Assembly (NCBI GenBank): GCA_030264375.1
Contig: JASCQW010000043.1
Location: 65,275,986 to 65,339,985, forward strand
DNA length: 64,000 nt
From: Carcharhinus longimanus
Lineage: Eukaryota
Reading direction: 5' to 3'
Shown: piece by piece, positions 37,484 through 50,330 of the stretch
Layout of the letters: each line of letters starts with the position of its first letter
How positions within the stretch are numbered: the stretch's first letter is position 1
Notes under the pieces: generated by a model
What the model was told of the DNA's origin: nothing
Databases searched by the model: none
What the model saw: only the letters and a program-made list of their open reading frames with translations
Position numbers and translations under genes: made by a program

Positions 37484-39025
37484 TATCAAAACGGGTTAAC
37501 AGTTTCTGTAACAGTAGCAGGCTTTGGCAGTTGTGCAAATATTGTTAATGAGGACCTAGAGTCAATATTTGCCTGGCATTAAGTCTACCAACTGGGGCTT
37601 GGCTCCATGTATGGTGCCTGTTTCAATCCTGAGAACAGGATTGTTTCATCCCTAACCCTAACCCTGAGACCCAAGTCTCTATTCCCTTTTAGCTTACAAA
37701 TCATTCCTTTCAGAATTAAATAATATTCACATTTTTTAAGCTTTTACAGGTAAGAACTGAGAAAATTTTCTGCACTGCAATGTAGTAATTATAATCAATA
37801 TATCAAGATGTGTGTTAAATACAGAATTTTCTATTTGTCAATCAAACTAAATTGGCTGATAAAAAGTGAAGCATTTTTGTTTTAACAATGCGGAAGCTAT
37901 GCAATTACCTTAAAGGTACAGGCTGAAAGTAATGTGAAAAAAATGGAATCTTATTCCTGCTGTGGTTTCAAGAACAATAACAACAATAAATATTAAACTT
38001 ATATGTTAGATTCTACCTAAAGTTTGTGGCCTTGTGCTTTTCATTGATGCGACTCCAGTAAACAAAGGGAAAATGCTTATGTACTCTTGCCGCACGCAGA
38101 AAACACTCAAAGGTATTGTAATGAAGGTCCAACATGAAAGAGCCACAAGAAAATAACGATGAACTACAACTGTGACTCCATGGCACATTTAAATAGCTTT
38201 GGTATGGTACCTGCCAAGTGCGTTATTTGTGACATGGTTATCCTTTTAATGATAATGTTTATGGTAATTTTATTGGTTAATATAATATGTTATAGACATA
38301 ATTAAATAGAGTTGTTCACCAATTATGTGCTGATGTAGGAATGGAGAACTTAAGTTCACAAGTTACAACCCACTTGGGACATGATTTCAAAATCATCTTC
38401 TCCAGCACAACTCAAACAATGATTATGCGACTTGGGATTCCTTTTGAAATTATTCTTTTAGATTCTAGTCCTAAAAACAAGGAAATAATTGATCACCTCT
38501 GGGATTTAAAGAAATACTGTCTTCATGAAAGATAATACTTGCCAACTATTTTGGAGGGGATTTTGAACAAACATAAATATACAGGAATCTCATTGTTTTT
38601 ACTTGGTGGTATTGTGGTGGAGCTGAGATGTAACATTTTTACCTCTCCAACCAGTTTTATCTTTTTTTTCAATTGGTAGCTCCTCTTTATTGGAGAGCAC
38701 AGTATATTAACATTTTGCTCATGAATCAAGCTATGAGTGGAGCTTAGATTATCATTTTTCTTCTTGTCACTCTCAATTGCAACAATGAACTTAAAAAAAT
38801 GAGGACATGAATAGGACCAGAAAACACAATTGCAGTCCACCTGGCCATTCTACAAATCGAAAACTTTCTCTTACTCCTATTTGTCACTTATTTCACTGAA
38901 AACTATCTGTTCTTTTGTGGACATTACTTACCTCCATTCTTTCATTCACACTCCTGTGTGTTAAGCAAATATAATGCATCCATTCATCTTGATCTAAGCC
39001 TGATTCAGTAACCTCAAGTTATAAT

Positions 39026-39676
39026 AACATAAGGAATAGGATTAGGCCATTTGGCCACTTAAGCCTGTTCCACCATTCAGTATTATCATGGCTTATCTTA
39101 CCCAACTTTCCTGTCTGCCACCTCCCACCCCCTCCCCTTCACCGCCCTGCCCATAATCCTTGGATCCATTGTAAATCAAAAGCTGTCTACCTCAGTCTAG
39201 AATACATTCAATGTATGGTGGCACAGTGGTTCGCACTGCTGCCTTCCACTGTCAAAGATTCAGGTTCAATTCCTGACTTTGGTCACTGTCTGTGCAGAGT
39301 CTGCATGCTCTCCCCATGTCTGCTTGGGTTTCCTCTGGATGTTCTGGTTTCCTCGCACAGTTTGAACGACGTGCTGATTTGGCTCATTGGCCATGCTAAA
39401 TTCTTCCTCAGTATACCTGAACAGGTGCTGGAGTATGGTGACTAGGGGATTTTCACAGTAACTTCATTGCAGTATTCATGTAAGCCTACTTGTGATGCTA
39501 ACGCTTAAACTTAAACCAGTCTCAACAGCTCTTTCTGGTAAAGAATTCCAAATGACTCTCTGCGCAAAACAAAATTCTTTTTGCCTCAATTTTAACTGAG
39601 AGACCCCTTATTTTGAAACCGTGCCCTCAAGTTCTAGATTCTTCCACAAAAGGAAACATCTTCTCAGCATGTATCG
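39026..39676 (-). mobile_element. CR1 LINE 3' fragment split by a SINE
   Basis: AACATAAGGAATAGG..GGCCATTTGGCC tail; resumes after 39515 with GAATTCCA..GTGCCCTCAAGTTCTAGA. Confidence 0.72.
39214..39515 (+). mobile_element. V-SINE with type B tail
   Basis: ATGGTGGCACAGTGGTTCGCACTGCTGCC head; GACTAGGGGATTTTCACAGTAACTTCATTGCAG..AAGCCTACTTGTGA tail. Confidence 0.85.
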
Positions 39677-41863
39677 TGATATTGGGGCATGTATCAAAAT
39701 AATTTAATATAATTAAGTTATTTCAACTTGAATTGTATTTGATTTTATCCAGTTCCAATAAAGAATACCCACCCACCATTGTAAATAGCCCAAATTATTG
39801 AATTATTTGAGTGAAATGTTCAACTTGGTCTTGCAAAAAGTGTCCTTTTGATGCTGGAGGTCAATAAAATGGTGCAACATAGCTTGTACTAAGCATTATA
39901 CTTAACTTGTGAGCATCTGGCAACATCATTGAACATCAAGTGGAGATATAACATTAATTAGCTTTTGTGTAAGTGGCAATAAGCACATATGCATGGAAAC
40001 ATGCGACAAGAGTTTTGGCATTGGTTGCATTTCCGGTATGTTTTACTTAATTGGCAAATTTCCTCTGTTAGATAATAATAAAGTTACAAACATGCTTAGA
40101 AACATTTCTTCTATTTACAATTTGTTGTCTTTATAATCATGCTTTGCTGATTAATGTTATGTGGGTAGATTGTGGTTAAATGAAACCATGAAAAATAAAT
40201 GGAAGGCATGGGTTCCCAAAGGAAGACATGGGTTTCCAACTAATATTAAGATTAGTGAAGTCCTAACTGGTTTAGTCTGCCATCCCACAAACTTAATTAG
40301 AAATCAGCAAGCTGCAGCAGATTTCTATGCAGAAGACCACACATTGCAGAATTACTGCCTATTATCATCCCAGCAGTTAGTAGGCCAACAATAACACATA
40401 GAGCTAAATACTGTGCATTTCATAAGTGGAGAGGATTAACTACTGGGTACACAGTACAACATAGGAAATTGCTTTATTCCCAGACTGCTGAGTCTCCTGG
40501 GGGAACAGTATATCTCCAGCCTATTAACAACCATCCGAGCATTACCTCCTGTAGGATGAGGTTATTGGCTAACCACCAGGTGACCAATTAAATGCGATAA
40601 TTTAGGCCCAAACCAAACAGTGAGTAGTCTGTTTTTGACAGTGGTGTCATGCCAGAGATTGGAAATCTTGTTGAAAATATTATTTATTATCTCTCCAGAG
40701 AGCACATGTAATTATTGTAGAATAAGACCTTGCATATGTAAAGTCTTGTCCAAAACCCATTCAAGCAAATGGGTGTACTGTTAATTTAGCGAGAGACCCT
40801 TCTGCTAGTTGGCAAAGCTGACATCAGCAGTTAAAGAATGAAAAGCAGTATGCGAATTCTTGTATGCAGCTTCAAATCATATTGTTGTATGAACCTTAAA
40901 AATATTAGAATATTCAGGGGACTGACCTTTTGCACTGATCATTATAATGAAGTATTTAAGCTGTTGAGGGCACTTTGTTACAGGGAAATTTATTGCAAAA
41001 TAAGATCTTCTTCACTTCCTTTGTTTAAATTTTGGGATATGGATGATAGAGGGCTAGATTGCCCATCCCTAACTGATAGGAGAAGGTCTTAGGAATTCTG
41101 AAATCCTTGTAGTCATGGTTCTCCTCCAAAAGTGTCAAATCGGAGTCTCAAGACGTTGACACAGTAAGAATGAAAAAAAAATGACATTTTTGGCTAAGTC
41201 AGAATGAGTGTGACTTGGAAGAGAACTTGGGAATGAAGATGTCCCTATCTTTGAATGAGAATTAGAAAAAAGGCATCCACAGGTGCTGCAAAACCCAACA
41301 TAAGATTGAAATATGTCATTGCAACAAATGTTAGTGTTGGTGCAGAAATTCATATTGTGATTTTCCTTAAAAATCATACTCTTTACGGAACAAGAACATC
41401 ATAATCCCAAAAATCCACAGGATGGTGCATCTTAGTATATTTACAAAACATACGGGTTAGAGGAAATCCCATGATCTAAGTGTCTTCAACAGCAGGTGAG
41501 GCATTTGAGTCAATCCATCAACTGCCAGCCCCCCATTCAAAAGGTCAGAAGGTCTGGCAGAGGAGCACTGTGTCAATTTGAGCCTTCTCTCGGCAGAACG
41601 GCTACGAGTGCCACAGCCACTGAGAATAAATTTATGGCTAAGTCATTGGGAATACAAGCCTTGATCAACCTGAATCTCTGGGTAAGCCACACACCTGAAG
41701 ATGGAATGCAAGATACCCAGCAAAAGTCCCAAGTAAAGGACTGGTAAAAATTGATATTCAGTCTCCCTTCTTTTTTCATGGACTTTTAAGATACAGTAAG
41801 AGGCTCAGCCCCACAAACTCAGGAACAAGACTGGGAATCTATAGGTGGGAAGGTAAATCTCAT

Positions 41864-41968
41864 GGGCGGGATCCTCCAGCCATTCACGCCTGTGGGATTC
41901 TCTCATCCTTCCGCAGTGAATAGAGATTTGGCTGAGCCTGGGGCATGAATGGCCGGAGAATTCCAGCC
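41864..41968. mobile_element. Short MITE with ~27-bp TIRs (Harbinger-type ends)
   Basis: GGGCGGGATCCTCCAGCCATTCACGCC / GGCATGAATGGCCGGAGAATTCCAGCC. Confidence 0.7.
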
Positions 41969-42249
41969 AAGGAGTCAACTGCTCTTAAAAGGTCACTGCT
42001 TACCAGTTAAAGGATATGATTTTATTTATGCATGGAACATATCAAATTTCAGGCAAAGAAAACATCCATACTTTTCCATGTTGGTGTCCACATGGATAGC
42101 AAAACTTGTAACCTGAGTGCTAGATACTTTTCAGAGCTGTAAGTACATTTTGTGGAGCTGGCAGAGAGATCCTTAAGCAGTTGTAAGTCCTTTTATCAGC
42201 ATGTGCAAGGGACCTAATATCAGTTGAAGGTGGCCACACAGAATGCTGA

Positions 42250-42568
42250 TAATTATCTGGGGCCAATATGTAATCCATATTTCACTCCCATAGCCGTGAA
42301 TGTTTATTTCCTTCAATTTTCCATGTGAAAATAATAATTGTCCCTGCTTTATAACCCTTGTGGGCAAGTTCCAGCTCATAGACACTCGCTGTGTATAAAA
42401 GTTTTTCCTCACATTTCGCCCCACCCCTACCACACCTCTTTCTATTTATATCTTGATAACATTTTCTTGGATGCCCTTGTCTGTTCACTGCCAATCTATT
42501 CTCATATTTCTCTTTACGAATCTTACTTTTCTCTTTGTTTTCCATCTCAACCTATTGTATTTGACCAC
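42250..42568 (-). mobile_element. Decayed CR1 fragments
   Basis: RKNFYTQRVSMSWNLP (3' ORF2) and KEKYENRLA..PRKCYQDINRKR (linker region). Confidence 0.6.
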
Positions 42569-42876
42569 NNNNNNNNNNNNNNNNNNNNNNNNNNNNNNNN
42601 NNNNNNNNNNNNNNNNNNNNNNNNNNNNNNNNNNNNNNNNNNNNNNNNNNNNNNNNNNNNNNNNNNNNNNNNNNNNNNNNNNNNNNNNNNNNNNNNNNNN
42701 NNNNNNNNNNNNNNNNNNNNNNNNNNNNNNNNNNNNNNNNNNNNNNNNNNNNNNNNNNNNNNNNNNNNNNNNNNNNNNNNNNNNNNNNNNNNNNNNNNNN
42801 NNNNNNNNNNNNNNNNNNNNNNNNNNNNNNNNNNNNNNNNNNNNNNNNNNNNNNNNNNAGGAAGTAGAAAGAAAAA

Positions 42877-43330
42877 AGAAAGACTTGCATTTATATAATG
42901 CCTTTCACAACATCAGCCATATCACAAAGCACAAGCAGCAAACTGCGGATGGTGGAATCTGGAACAAATACAGAAAATGCTGGAAAATTGTGCCAACATT
43001 TGGAATCAGGATGACTCTTTGTCAGAGCTCTACGAAGGGTAATCCTGACTTGAATTATAATAAAGCACTTTGCATCGAATGAATTATTTTTGGAGAGTAG
43101 TATTTGCTGAAATGTAGGAGGCATAGCAGTCAATATAGGTACAGCAAGCTCCCACAAACAGCAATGTGATAATGACCAGATAATTTGTGTTGTGATGTAC
43201 ATTGAAGACAAATATTGGTCAAAACACAGAGGATAACTGTCCATCTCATCTGCAAAATGGCACCATGGAATCTTTTATATCTACCTGAAAGGGCAGATGG
43301 GAGCTTAGTTTAATGTCTCATCTGAAAAAG
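42877..43330 (-). mobile_element. DeuSINE-like (SacSINE1/AmnSINE1-type) 3' part with nested insertion
   Basis: AAAGACTTGCATTTATATA tail; CAGCAAGCTCCCACAAACAGCAATGTGATAATGACCAGATA; TTTAATGTCTCATCTGAAA. Confidence 0.75.
42933..43061. mobile_element. ~129-bp Penelope-derived mini-element flanked by a 7-bp TSD
   Basis: AAAGCAC at 42926-42932 and 43062-43068; contains an antisense pLTR end and a palindrome at 43006-43048. Confidence 0.7.
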
Positions 43331-43806
43331 CTGTTGAGAATCCATTTAAATATGACTTCACCTGTGTGACCTGTGTTTCATTGTGTGATTGGAATCTAAA
43401 TGGGGATTTAGGGAAATGTCTGTTCTCCCAAAATATGCTGCTTGAGTCTATATTTTCTCAAAACCATTACTTTTTACTTACAATGAATATTTACACATTT
43501 GGACCTTTACACGAGGCTGGAACATCCCCTCTTACCAGATCTTTGTTGCTTCTCAGTCAAGTGATCTGACATTGTTATTACATTACCATCATGTATGATT
43601 CTGATGTTACATTTATTCTACATATCCCCCTACATCCTTATCGCTATCAAATTTATATCCTCCAACATCTTCCCTCAAAGTCTCAGGCTTCACAGCGTTA
43701 GTGTCTGAGATTCTTAATCTCCCTGATCTCCTTTCAAAGTCTAGGATATTCTGTATCCTCTGCCAGTGCAAGTTTTCTTCTCTGTAGAACTTTATGGTGG
43801 AACGTT

Positions 43807-45182
43807 GGGTGGGGATTCTCCAGGCCCATTACCCCACTCATGATGACCTGGAGAATCAGGAGACGGCAGGAAAATAGATTTTGCATTGAATGCCAAACCC
43901 ACTGAGACCCTCCCAGTCCAAACTACTGGCCCCAATCTTTGAAGTGGTTTGCAAAAGAAAAAGTGAAACCATTGGCTATCAATTAGGATTAGACTCTGTC
44001 TACACCACGGTCAGGTTCAATGGAGTGCTTGCAGTGCAATCAATTGTAAAGGGAAATCAGAATAAACACAGGGGGCTAGAGGAGTATAAAAATCCACAGA
44101 AATGACAGCTGAATCTTTTAGGAGGCACTATATCTTGAATTTGTTACAGCTTAAGGCTTTAAGTCCAATGGAGAAGGTTTCAACAATTTTTGCTTGCAGA
44201 GAAGCCTCAACAACTTCAAATCAAAGCCGTGTGCATATATTAGGGCTGAGCACACAGCACTGCAGACTGGAAAAACCCACCTCCACCCCGTGAAATTGAC
44301 ATCTCCTCTCTGTCAGAGGACTTCAAGGGGATCTGCTCTCACCTGCAACTTCTGACAGGGAGAAAGAAAAATCTCTGCGGCACAATGGAGTGTTGCAATG
44401 ACTTAAAATCTTGCCAGGTGTCCAGTGGGGCATAAAGATAAAAGCGACCTGGCCACTTCAGAATTTGCACAGATGACAGTCAGCAATGCAGATATTGATC
44501 ACAGGGCTGCCTGAAATCATCATGCCAGGGGTGATCTTCCAGATCTGTCAGGGCTAGAAGGAGCAGTCCAGCCACAATACCCCCATCCTGGTGGACAGTG
44601 ATAAGGTCAACACCTTACCCCAGCCCAAGTCCACCCAAACACCCAGAATCCTTGAGGGACCTGTCCTCTGCAGCCTGGATGCAGCAGAGGGGCAAATGGC
44701 CACTGGGCCTACTACCGCGAGCCTCCTCGAGTCTATGGTGCAAAGCCTGGGTGTCAGTGCTAGGGGCCAGTGCACCATTGGCACTGCCAAAGCACATAGC
44801 TGAGTGGGGGTCCTGAAGGGTGAGGGTCCCTGAGTGGAAGGGTCTGAGGGGATGATGGCCTGTGTGGGCTACTGTGTCACCTTCATGTCAGAGTGGTGTG
44901 AATGGGAGGTTAGCCATTATTTGTGGGTGGGGGGAGGATGCCTCACTTTGGTGAGGGGTTGGTGGTGCTACCCTTGTCAGTGTTGGGGGCTACCTTTTTT
45001 TTGTGGGAGGGAAACCTGTTTCTGAGCGCAGAGTTCGGTTTGCCATTTAAAAATGTTGACCCAGTCTCAGAACTGGCCAGTGGGTTGCCTGATATGAATA
45101 AATTAGCACCTATCAGGTGGGAGAATCCTCCAGGTTTCCCACCGGTGTGGACACTTAATACCAGTTTGGGAGCATCACAGCC
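43807..45182. mobile_element. Probable Harbinger-derived non-autonomous element
   Basis: GGGTGGGGATTCTCC / GGGAGCATCACAGCC termini; GC-richer interior without an intact ORF. Confidence 0.5.
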
Positions 45183-45601
45183 TTAATGTTTCTTCTTCTT
45201 CATCAGGATCTGAGTAGCAAATCTAAGTTACTTTGGCTTTCTTTCAAGGATATTAAGGCACTTTAGTTTCTCCTTATGATACCCTGGTCTGTCTGAATCC
45301 AGTATAAGCTTGGTTACAGAGTTTTGTCAATGATTGTACCTTTCTTCTGTTGGTCTTGGACCCATACACTCTCCACGGGCTTCAGCGCTGGCAACTTACA
45401 TACTATATACCTGGAATAAAGTCCCAAGTCCGGTTGCTTGTCTGTTTTTCCTCATGCTGTTTTATCCTCTCGTGGTTGTTCATGTGATATTGGGTTTGGG
45501 TTTTCAAGCTAGAGATAGAAGCTGTGATCTCAATTTCCTTCTCATTCGTAACTCTGATACTGAGAAGCCATTTTGTAAAGGTGAGGTTTAATACCTATTG
45601 T

Positions 45602-45699
45602 GGCATGACGGCACAGTAGTTAGCACTGCTGCCTCACAGCACCAGCAATCCGGGTTCGATTCCCGACTTGGGTCACTGTCTGTGTGGAGTCTACACATT
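45602..45699 (+). mobile_element. V-SINE 5' half truncated by a CR1 insertion
   Basis: GGCACAGTAGTTAGCACTGCTGCCTCACAGC..GGTTCGATTCC..GGAGTCTACACATTC, then abrupt switch to CATAGAA repeats. Confidence 0.8.
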
Positions 45700-45774
45700 C
45701 ATAGAACATAGAACATAGAACATACAGCGCGGAACAGGCCCTTCGGCCCACAATGTTGCGCCGACCAGTCTTAT
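45699..45774 (-). mobile_element. Young CR1/HER1 3' tail
   Basis: (CATAGAA)3 and CAGGCCCTTCGGCCCAC, near-identical to 19907. Confidence 0.8.
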
Positions 45775-46129
45775 NNNNNNNNNNNNNNNNNNNNNNNNNN
45801 NNNNNNNNNNNNNNNNNNNNNNNNNNNNNNNNNNNNNNNNNNNNNNNNNNNNNNNNNNNNNNNNNNNNNNNNNNNNNNNNNNNNNNNNNNNNNNNNNNNN
45901 NNNNNNNNNNNNNNNNNNNNNNNNNNNNNNNNNNNNNNNNNNNNNNNNNNNNNNNNNNNNNNNNNNNNNNNNNNNNNNNNNNNNNNNNNNNNNNNNNNNN
46001 NNNNNNNNNNNNNNNNNNNNNNNNNNNNNNNNNNNNNNNNNNNNNNNNNNNNNNNNNNNNNNNNNNNNNNNNNNNNNNNNNNNNNNNNNNNNNNNNNNNN
46101 NNNNNNNNNNNNNNNNNNNNNNNNNNNNN

Positions 46130-46270
46130 CATGAATAGGATTGGGAATAGAGGGATATGGTCCCCGGAAGGACAGGGGATTTTAGTTAAGTCAGGCAGGA
46201 TAGTCGGTGTAGGCTTAGAGGGCTGAAGGATCTGTTCCTGTCTGTAATTTTCTTTGTTCTTTGTTCTTTA
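46130..46270 (+). mobile_element. CR1 3' end
   Basis: GAGGGCTGAAGGATCTGTTCCTGT followed by a (TTCTTTG)n tail. Confidence 0.75.
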
Positions 46271-46589
46271 TTTTCTTTGATAATATGAACAAAGTCATAT
46301 TCATTTGCAAAATTGTGGAATAGCTCATTAGCAATTTGCAGCCCACTGTCAAGTACTATGACTTCCAGGGTGCCATGTGTTACATAAATTCTGTTGTGGG
46401 ATTGGATGACAGCTTCTACTGTGGGACTATGCAATTTGTTTATTTAATTCACCATGAATAATAACCAATGATAATAAGGAATGTTTTCTCTCTGAATTCA
46501 AATAAATCCATTCCAATGCCTTAGTGGAAAAGTGAAAGGTAATAAAGGTTCCTTTAGTTTTAGGCTGTTGATGACACAAGAATCATTGA

Positions 46590-46925
46590 ATAGAATCATA
46601 GAATTTCTACAGTGCAGAAGAAGGCCATGCGGCCCATCGAGTCTGCACTGATTCTCTGATAGCACATCTTATCCAGGCCTACCCCATCCCTATAACCCTA
46701 TGCATACCCCAAATCTATATATCTTGGGATACTAAGGGGCAATTTAGCATGGCCAGTCCACCTAATCTACACATCATTGAACTGTCGGAGGAAACTAGAG
46801 GAAACCCACACAGACATGGGGAGAATGTGCAAATTTCACACAGAGTGTCACCCAAGACCGGAATTGAACCCAGGTTTCTGGTGCTGTGAGGCAGCAGTGT
46901 TAACCACTGTGACACCATGCTGCCC
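46590..46925 (-). mobile_element. Full-length HE1-type V-SINE inside the Gypsy
   Basis: AGAATCATAGAA tail; GGAATTGAACCCAGG B-box complement; CACCATGCTGCCC head. Confidence 0.88.
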
Positions 46926-48009
46926 CCAGTAAGATCGTTAGAAATCTTTTTGTCTATGAAGTGAGTAATGCCTGGTTAGCAGACCGTTTGCTGACATTTT
47001 GCTTTCCCTAGATGACTTTGATGATATCTTTGAAGAATATCAAGCTAAAGTGTTCCGAGTACAATTATTCTCGTGCTGAACTCACCTAAGTTGTCAATGA
47101 TTGTGAGCTGTTCAATGTACTGCTGCAGTATTGGATTAGTGGGGATGTAGTCCAGCCATCCTTCTAGACAATATTCATTACTTAGAAATGTTCTTGTTGC
47201 TGGGTTTGTTTTATTTCCTGCAACATTTTTGCACTAGCTGGGAAGTGTTCAGTGATTAAAGATGTACATGCTTGGTTGACCATCCTAAGGAAACTTTGAA
47301 ACTCAATAATGTTCTTGGGCTGTGGAAATTCTCTGATTACTTTTGTTTTTTCGTGATCAAGTGTGATTCCAGTGGCTTGTATAATGTGCCTTATAAACAT
47401 GATCATTGGTTTGGCCAACGCATTTTCCATTTAATGCTAGGCTTGCATCCTGTAAGGCTCTCAGAACTGCACTGACTCTGTGATCATGCTCTTCTTTCAT
47501 GGAACTATGCATAAGTATGTTGCCCATATGGTATATTTCTCCTTCCGTGCTCTAGAGCAAGAGACATTATTCTCTGGAAAATTCTTGGCGTGGACATAAT
47601 TCCAAATGGTGGAAGTATTCCTATTGAAACAATAATGATTGAATTGCATTATAAATGTGGTTAGAAATCTGGATTTTTGTCGAAAGGCAACTGCCAAACA
47701 TTTGCATCCAATTTGGTCAATAAAGCATTCTTGGCTAGTTTGACAAGAATCACATCCATTAAGGCTATCTTATGTTCCATCAGTTTGTTTAGTTGAGTGA
47801 AATTCATGCTGATTCGTAAAGAATCATTTTGCTTTGGGACCTTGACCATTCCTGAACACCATTTTGTCGGCATGGTGACTTGTGAGATAACCTCTTGTGG
47901 TTGTACCTTTTTTAATTTTACCCTTGACATTGTCCAAGAGTGGGACTTTCCTTCATGTAAAGAGGCAAATTGGCTTAATGTTATCTAATTCTGGTGCTAT
48001 GGTACTATG

Positions 48010-48185
48010 CACAGGATTTTCCAGTCCTCCCACTGCTACGTGTTTTCTGGCAGCACAGGCCATTTGCCACCAGGGGAATCTTCCCGTTCCTCCGATGAAT
48101 ACAACATTTTGTGTAGCTTGTATATCCTGCAACCAGGGAACCCACCATGAGGGTCATCTTCAGTGGGACCAGAAGATCCTATTAG
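48010..48185. mobile_element. MITE-like insertion inside the Gypsy
   Basis: AGGATTTTCCAGTCC ... GGGACCAGAAGATCCT imperfect inverted ends interrupt the protease-RT linker. Confidence 0.5.
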
Positions 48186-49389
48186 TAGGAAGGACACCCT
48201 AAGTAAACAATTCTGGAAATTTATATCAAAATGTACTGTTGCAGTTCTCTTCAACAACTTCATTCACTTTATAGATTAATTTCAGTTTTAAACATACATT
48301 TCTGCCCGGTGGAGGTGATTTTGAATGACATTGAGGTTTGACGACTTTATATTTTATATTTCAACTTAGCAATGACCTGGCCTTTGACATTTAAAGTTAT
48401 CCCACTACACCCCTCTAATTTAATAATGTAACCTTTTTGAACCATTTGACTTCATCTGTTAGAACAGAAACCCCTGCTCCTGTGCTTAGTTTAAACTCTG
48501 TGGATGTCCATTCATTTAAAGTTTAATACTCCAATAGTTTCCTCGAGTGTCATTTACCTGCCCAGGAAGGTTAGTCTTTTTTGTTTGTGATTCTTGCACT
48601 TCTTGTGGCTCTGTTTTAAAATGTCTCCCATCTTTTTACAGTTTGTCAGTGTTTCTGAGTGACTACCAATTTTGAAATGACTTACTTTTCCACAGTTGTG
48701 GGACTCTGCCCTCCTTGCCAGACAATCTTCTCATAACCATGGTTTGTTCCCGCCACACCCAAGGCAAAGTGGCAGTTGGCTCACTTTTCCCCATTTTGAC
48801 ATGCTTAGGTTTTGAGCATTTTCAGACTGAATGGTCTCACTCGATCCGTGGGGCCTCTCCTTCACCATGAACAAATGCTCGGTTCTGTTTTCTGATTTCT
48901 GTTTAGCTCACAATCTGCACTGTTTTTACTAATGTTAAATCTTTTTTTTCTGTAGGAGATTTAATAATACTTCACCTAGGACTCAACTATGATTCTATCA
49001 TCAATCAGCTCATCATCTATAGTTTTATAATCACACTTGCCTGCCAACCAATATAGATTGTTGATGAATGAATCCATGCTTTCACCTGGTTGTTATTTTC
49101 TTTTATTACATTTAGCCCTCTCTATTATTAAATTCTGAAGAAGGACTTCTTCATAAGAAGTTGAAATCTCAACTACCTCCTACCTTCTTTCCACATTATC
49201 AGTGATAGATCCTACTGCATAAAATAGTGTACAGACCTGGTTTTTCTAATACTTTTTGCATAATTCTGAAGTGGTTCTGTAACTTGTACTTTAGGACTAT
49301 GCTCACTGTTGCCTAGTCTCTGATTCTGTGTCTCTGCTTGCATTTGTAGTTCCCATGATGTTCCAACTTTTTGCTGTTTGATCCTGGAT

Positions 49390-49870
49390 GCAAACTTGTT
49401 GTCCCAAACTTGGCTGTTCTATACCTGTATTTTATCATGCGCTTTGATCATCTTCTCTTGTAGTTTTAAAAGTCGCTGTCTAGTTTCTGAGAGTGTAGAA
49501 TGGGTAAGAAGATGTAGATTGGAGTGGACTGGTCTGTCAAACATGAGCTCTGCCAGTGATAGAATAGTTGCACTTAAAGGTGTTGCTCTCAGATGTAACA
49601 TTGTAATGTGTCGATACTTTTTTGACCATCTACATTTAAGAATTCAGGATTTCATCATGCAAACCATTTATTTAACCAGGCAGTTAGACATAGGGTAATG
49701 AGGAGAAGTAGCACGATCGATATCTCACTTCTTACACAAAGCCTGAAATGGCTTACCAAGAAATTGCAGACCATTATCCATAATGATCGCCCTAGGCAAA
49801 CCAAATAAACTGAAAATAGCACTTGGTGTATGTGTGTAACAGCTGTGTTTGAAATGTTACGCAATAGTCA
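49390..49870 (-). mobile_element. Second Gypsy integrase fragment
   Basis: IFSLFGLPRAIIMDNGLQFLGKPFQALCKK*DID..TSPHYPMSN and LRATPL..SLAELMFDRP. Confidence 0.8.
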
Positions 49871-49889
49871 ACTACCTCTACCCTTCTCT

Positions 49890-50330
49890 GTCTGGGTAAA
49901 CCTATTCCCTCATTAAACAGTTTCTCTCAACTCATTTTTTAAGTTTATTTATAATCACAAGTAAGGCTTACATTAACACTGCATTGAAGTAACTGTGAAA
50001 TTCCCCTAGTTGCCACTGTCCAGCGCCTGTTCGGGTCAATGCACCTAACCAGCATGTCTTCCCAAATGTGTGAGGAAACCAGAGCACCCAGAGAAAACCC
50101 ACAAAGACATGGGGAGAACATGCAAACTCCACACACACTGTAACCCAAGCCGGGAGTCAAATCTTGGTCGCTGATGCTGTGAAGCAGCAATGCTAACCAC
50201 TGTGCAACCATGCCACCCATCTCACTTCCTCCAAACAAAAGGTGTTGCTGTGGATACCTACATGGGTCCTAGTGATGTCTTCCTTTTTGGAGTTTAAGTG
50301 GAGCATTTCCTGTTTCAGTCTTACTCAGAC
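49890..50330 (+). mobile_element. Penelope-like RT fragment split by a SINE
   Basis: SHFLQTKGVAVDTYMGPS, homologous to 15990-16060. Confidence 0.65.
49940..50217 (-). mobile_element. V-SINE with type B tail
   Basis: TCACAAGTAAGGCTTACATTAACACTGCATTGAAGTAACTGTGAAATTCCCCTAGT is the reverse complement of the type B tail. Confidence 0.85.

Larger units (their letters stand above)
46272..49340 (-). mobile_element. Decayed Gypsy internal region (gag-protease-RT-integrase)
   Basis: Protease-like NGHPTEFKLSTGAGVSVL (~48480), RT VISQVTMPTKWCSGMVKVPK and TKLDAN, KVIREFPQPKNIIEFQSFLRMVNQ, integrase HGTLEVIVLDSGLQIAN. Confidence 0.82.

Noticed and set aside
37651-37667. CCCTAACCCTAACCCT telomere-like tract
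   Set aside because: Fewer than three units; compatible with chance or slippage
42338-46226. Long ORFs of 112-209 aa
   Set aside because: Their length comes from translating N gaps; the same applies to the ORFs crossing 63068-63591
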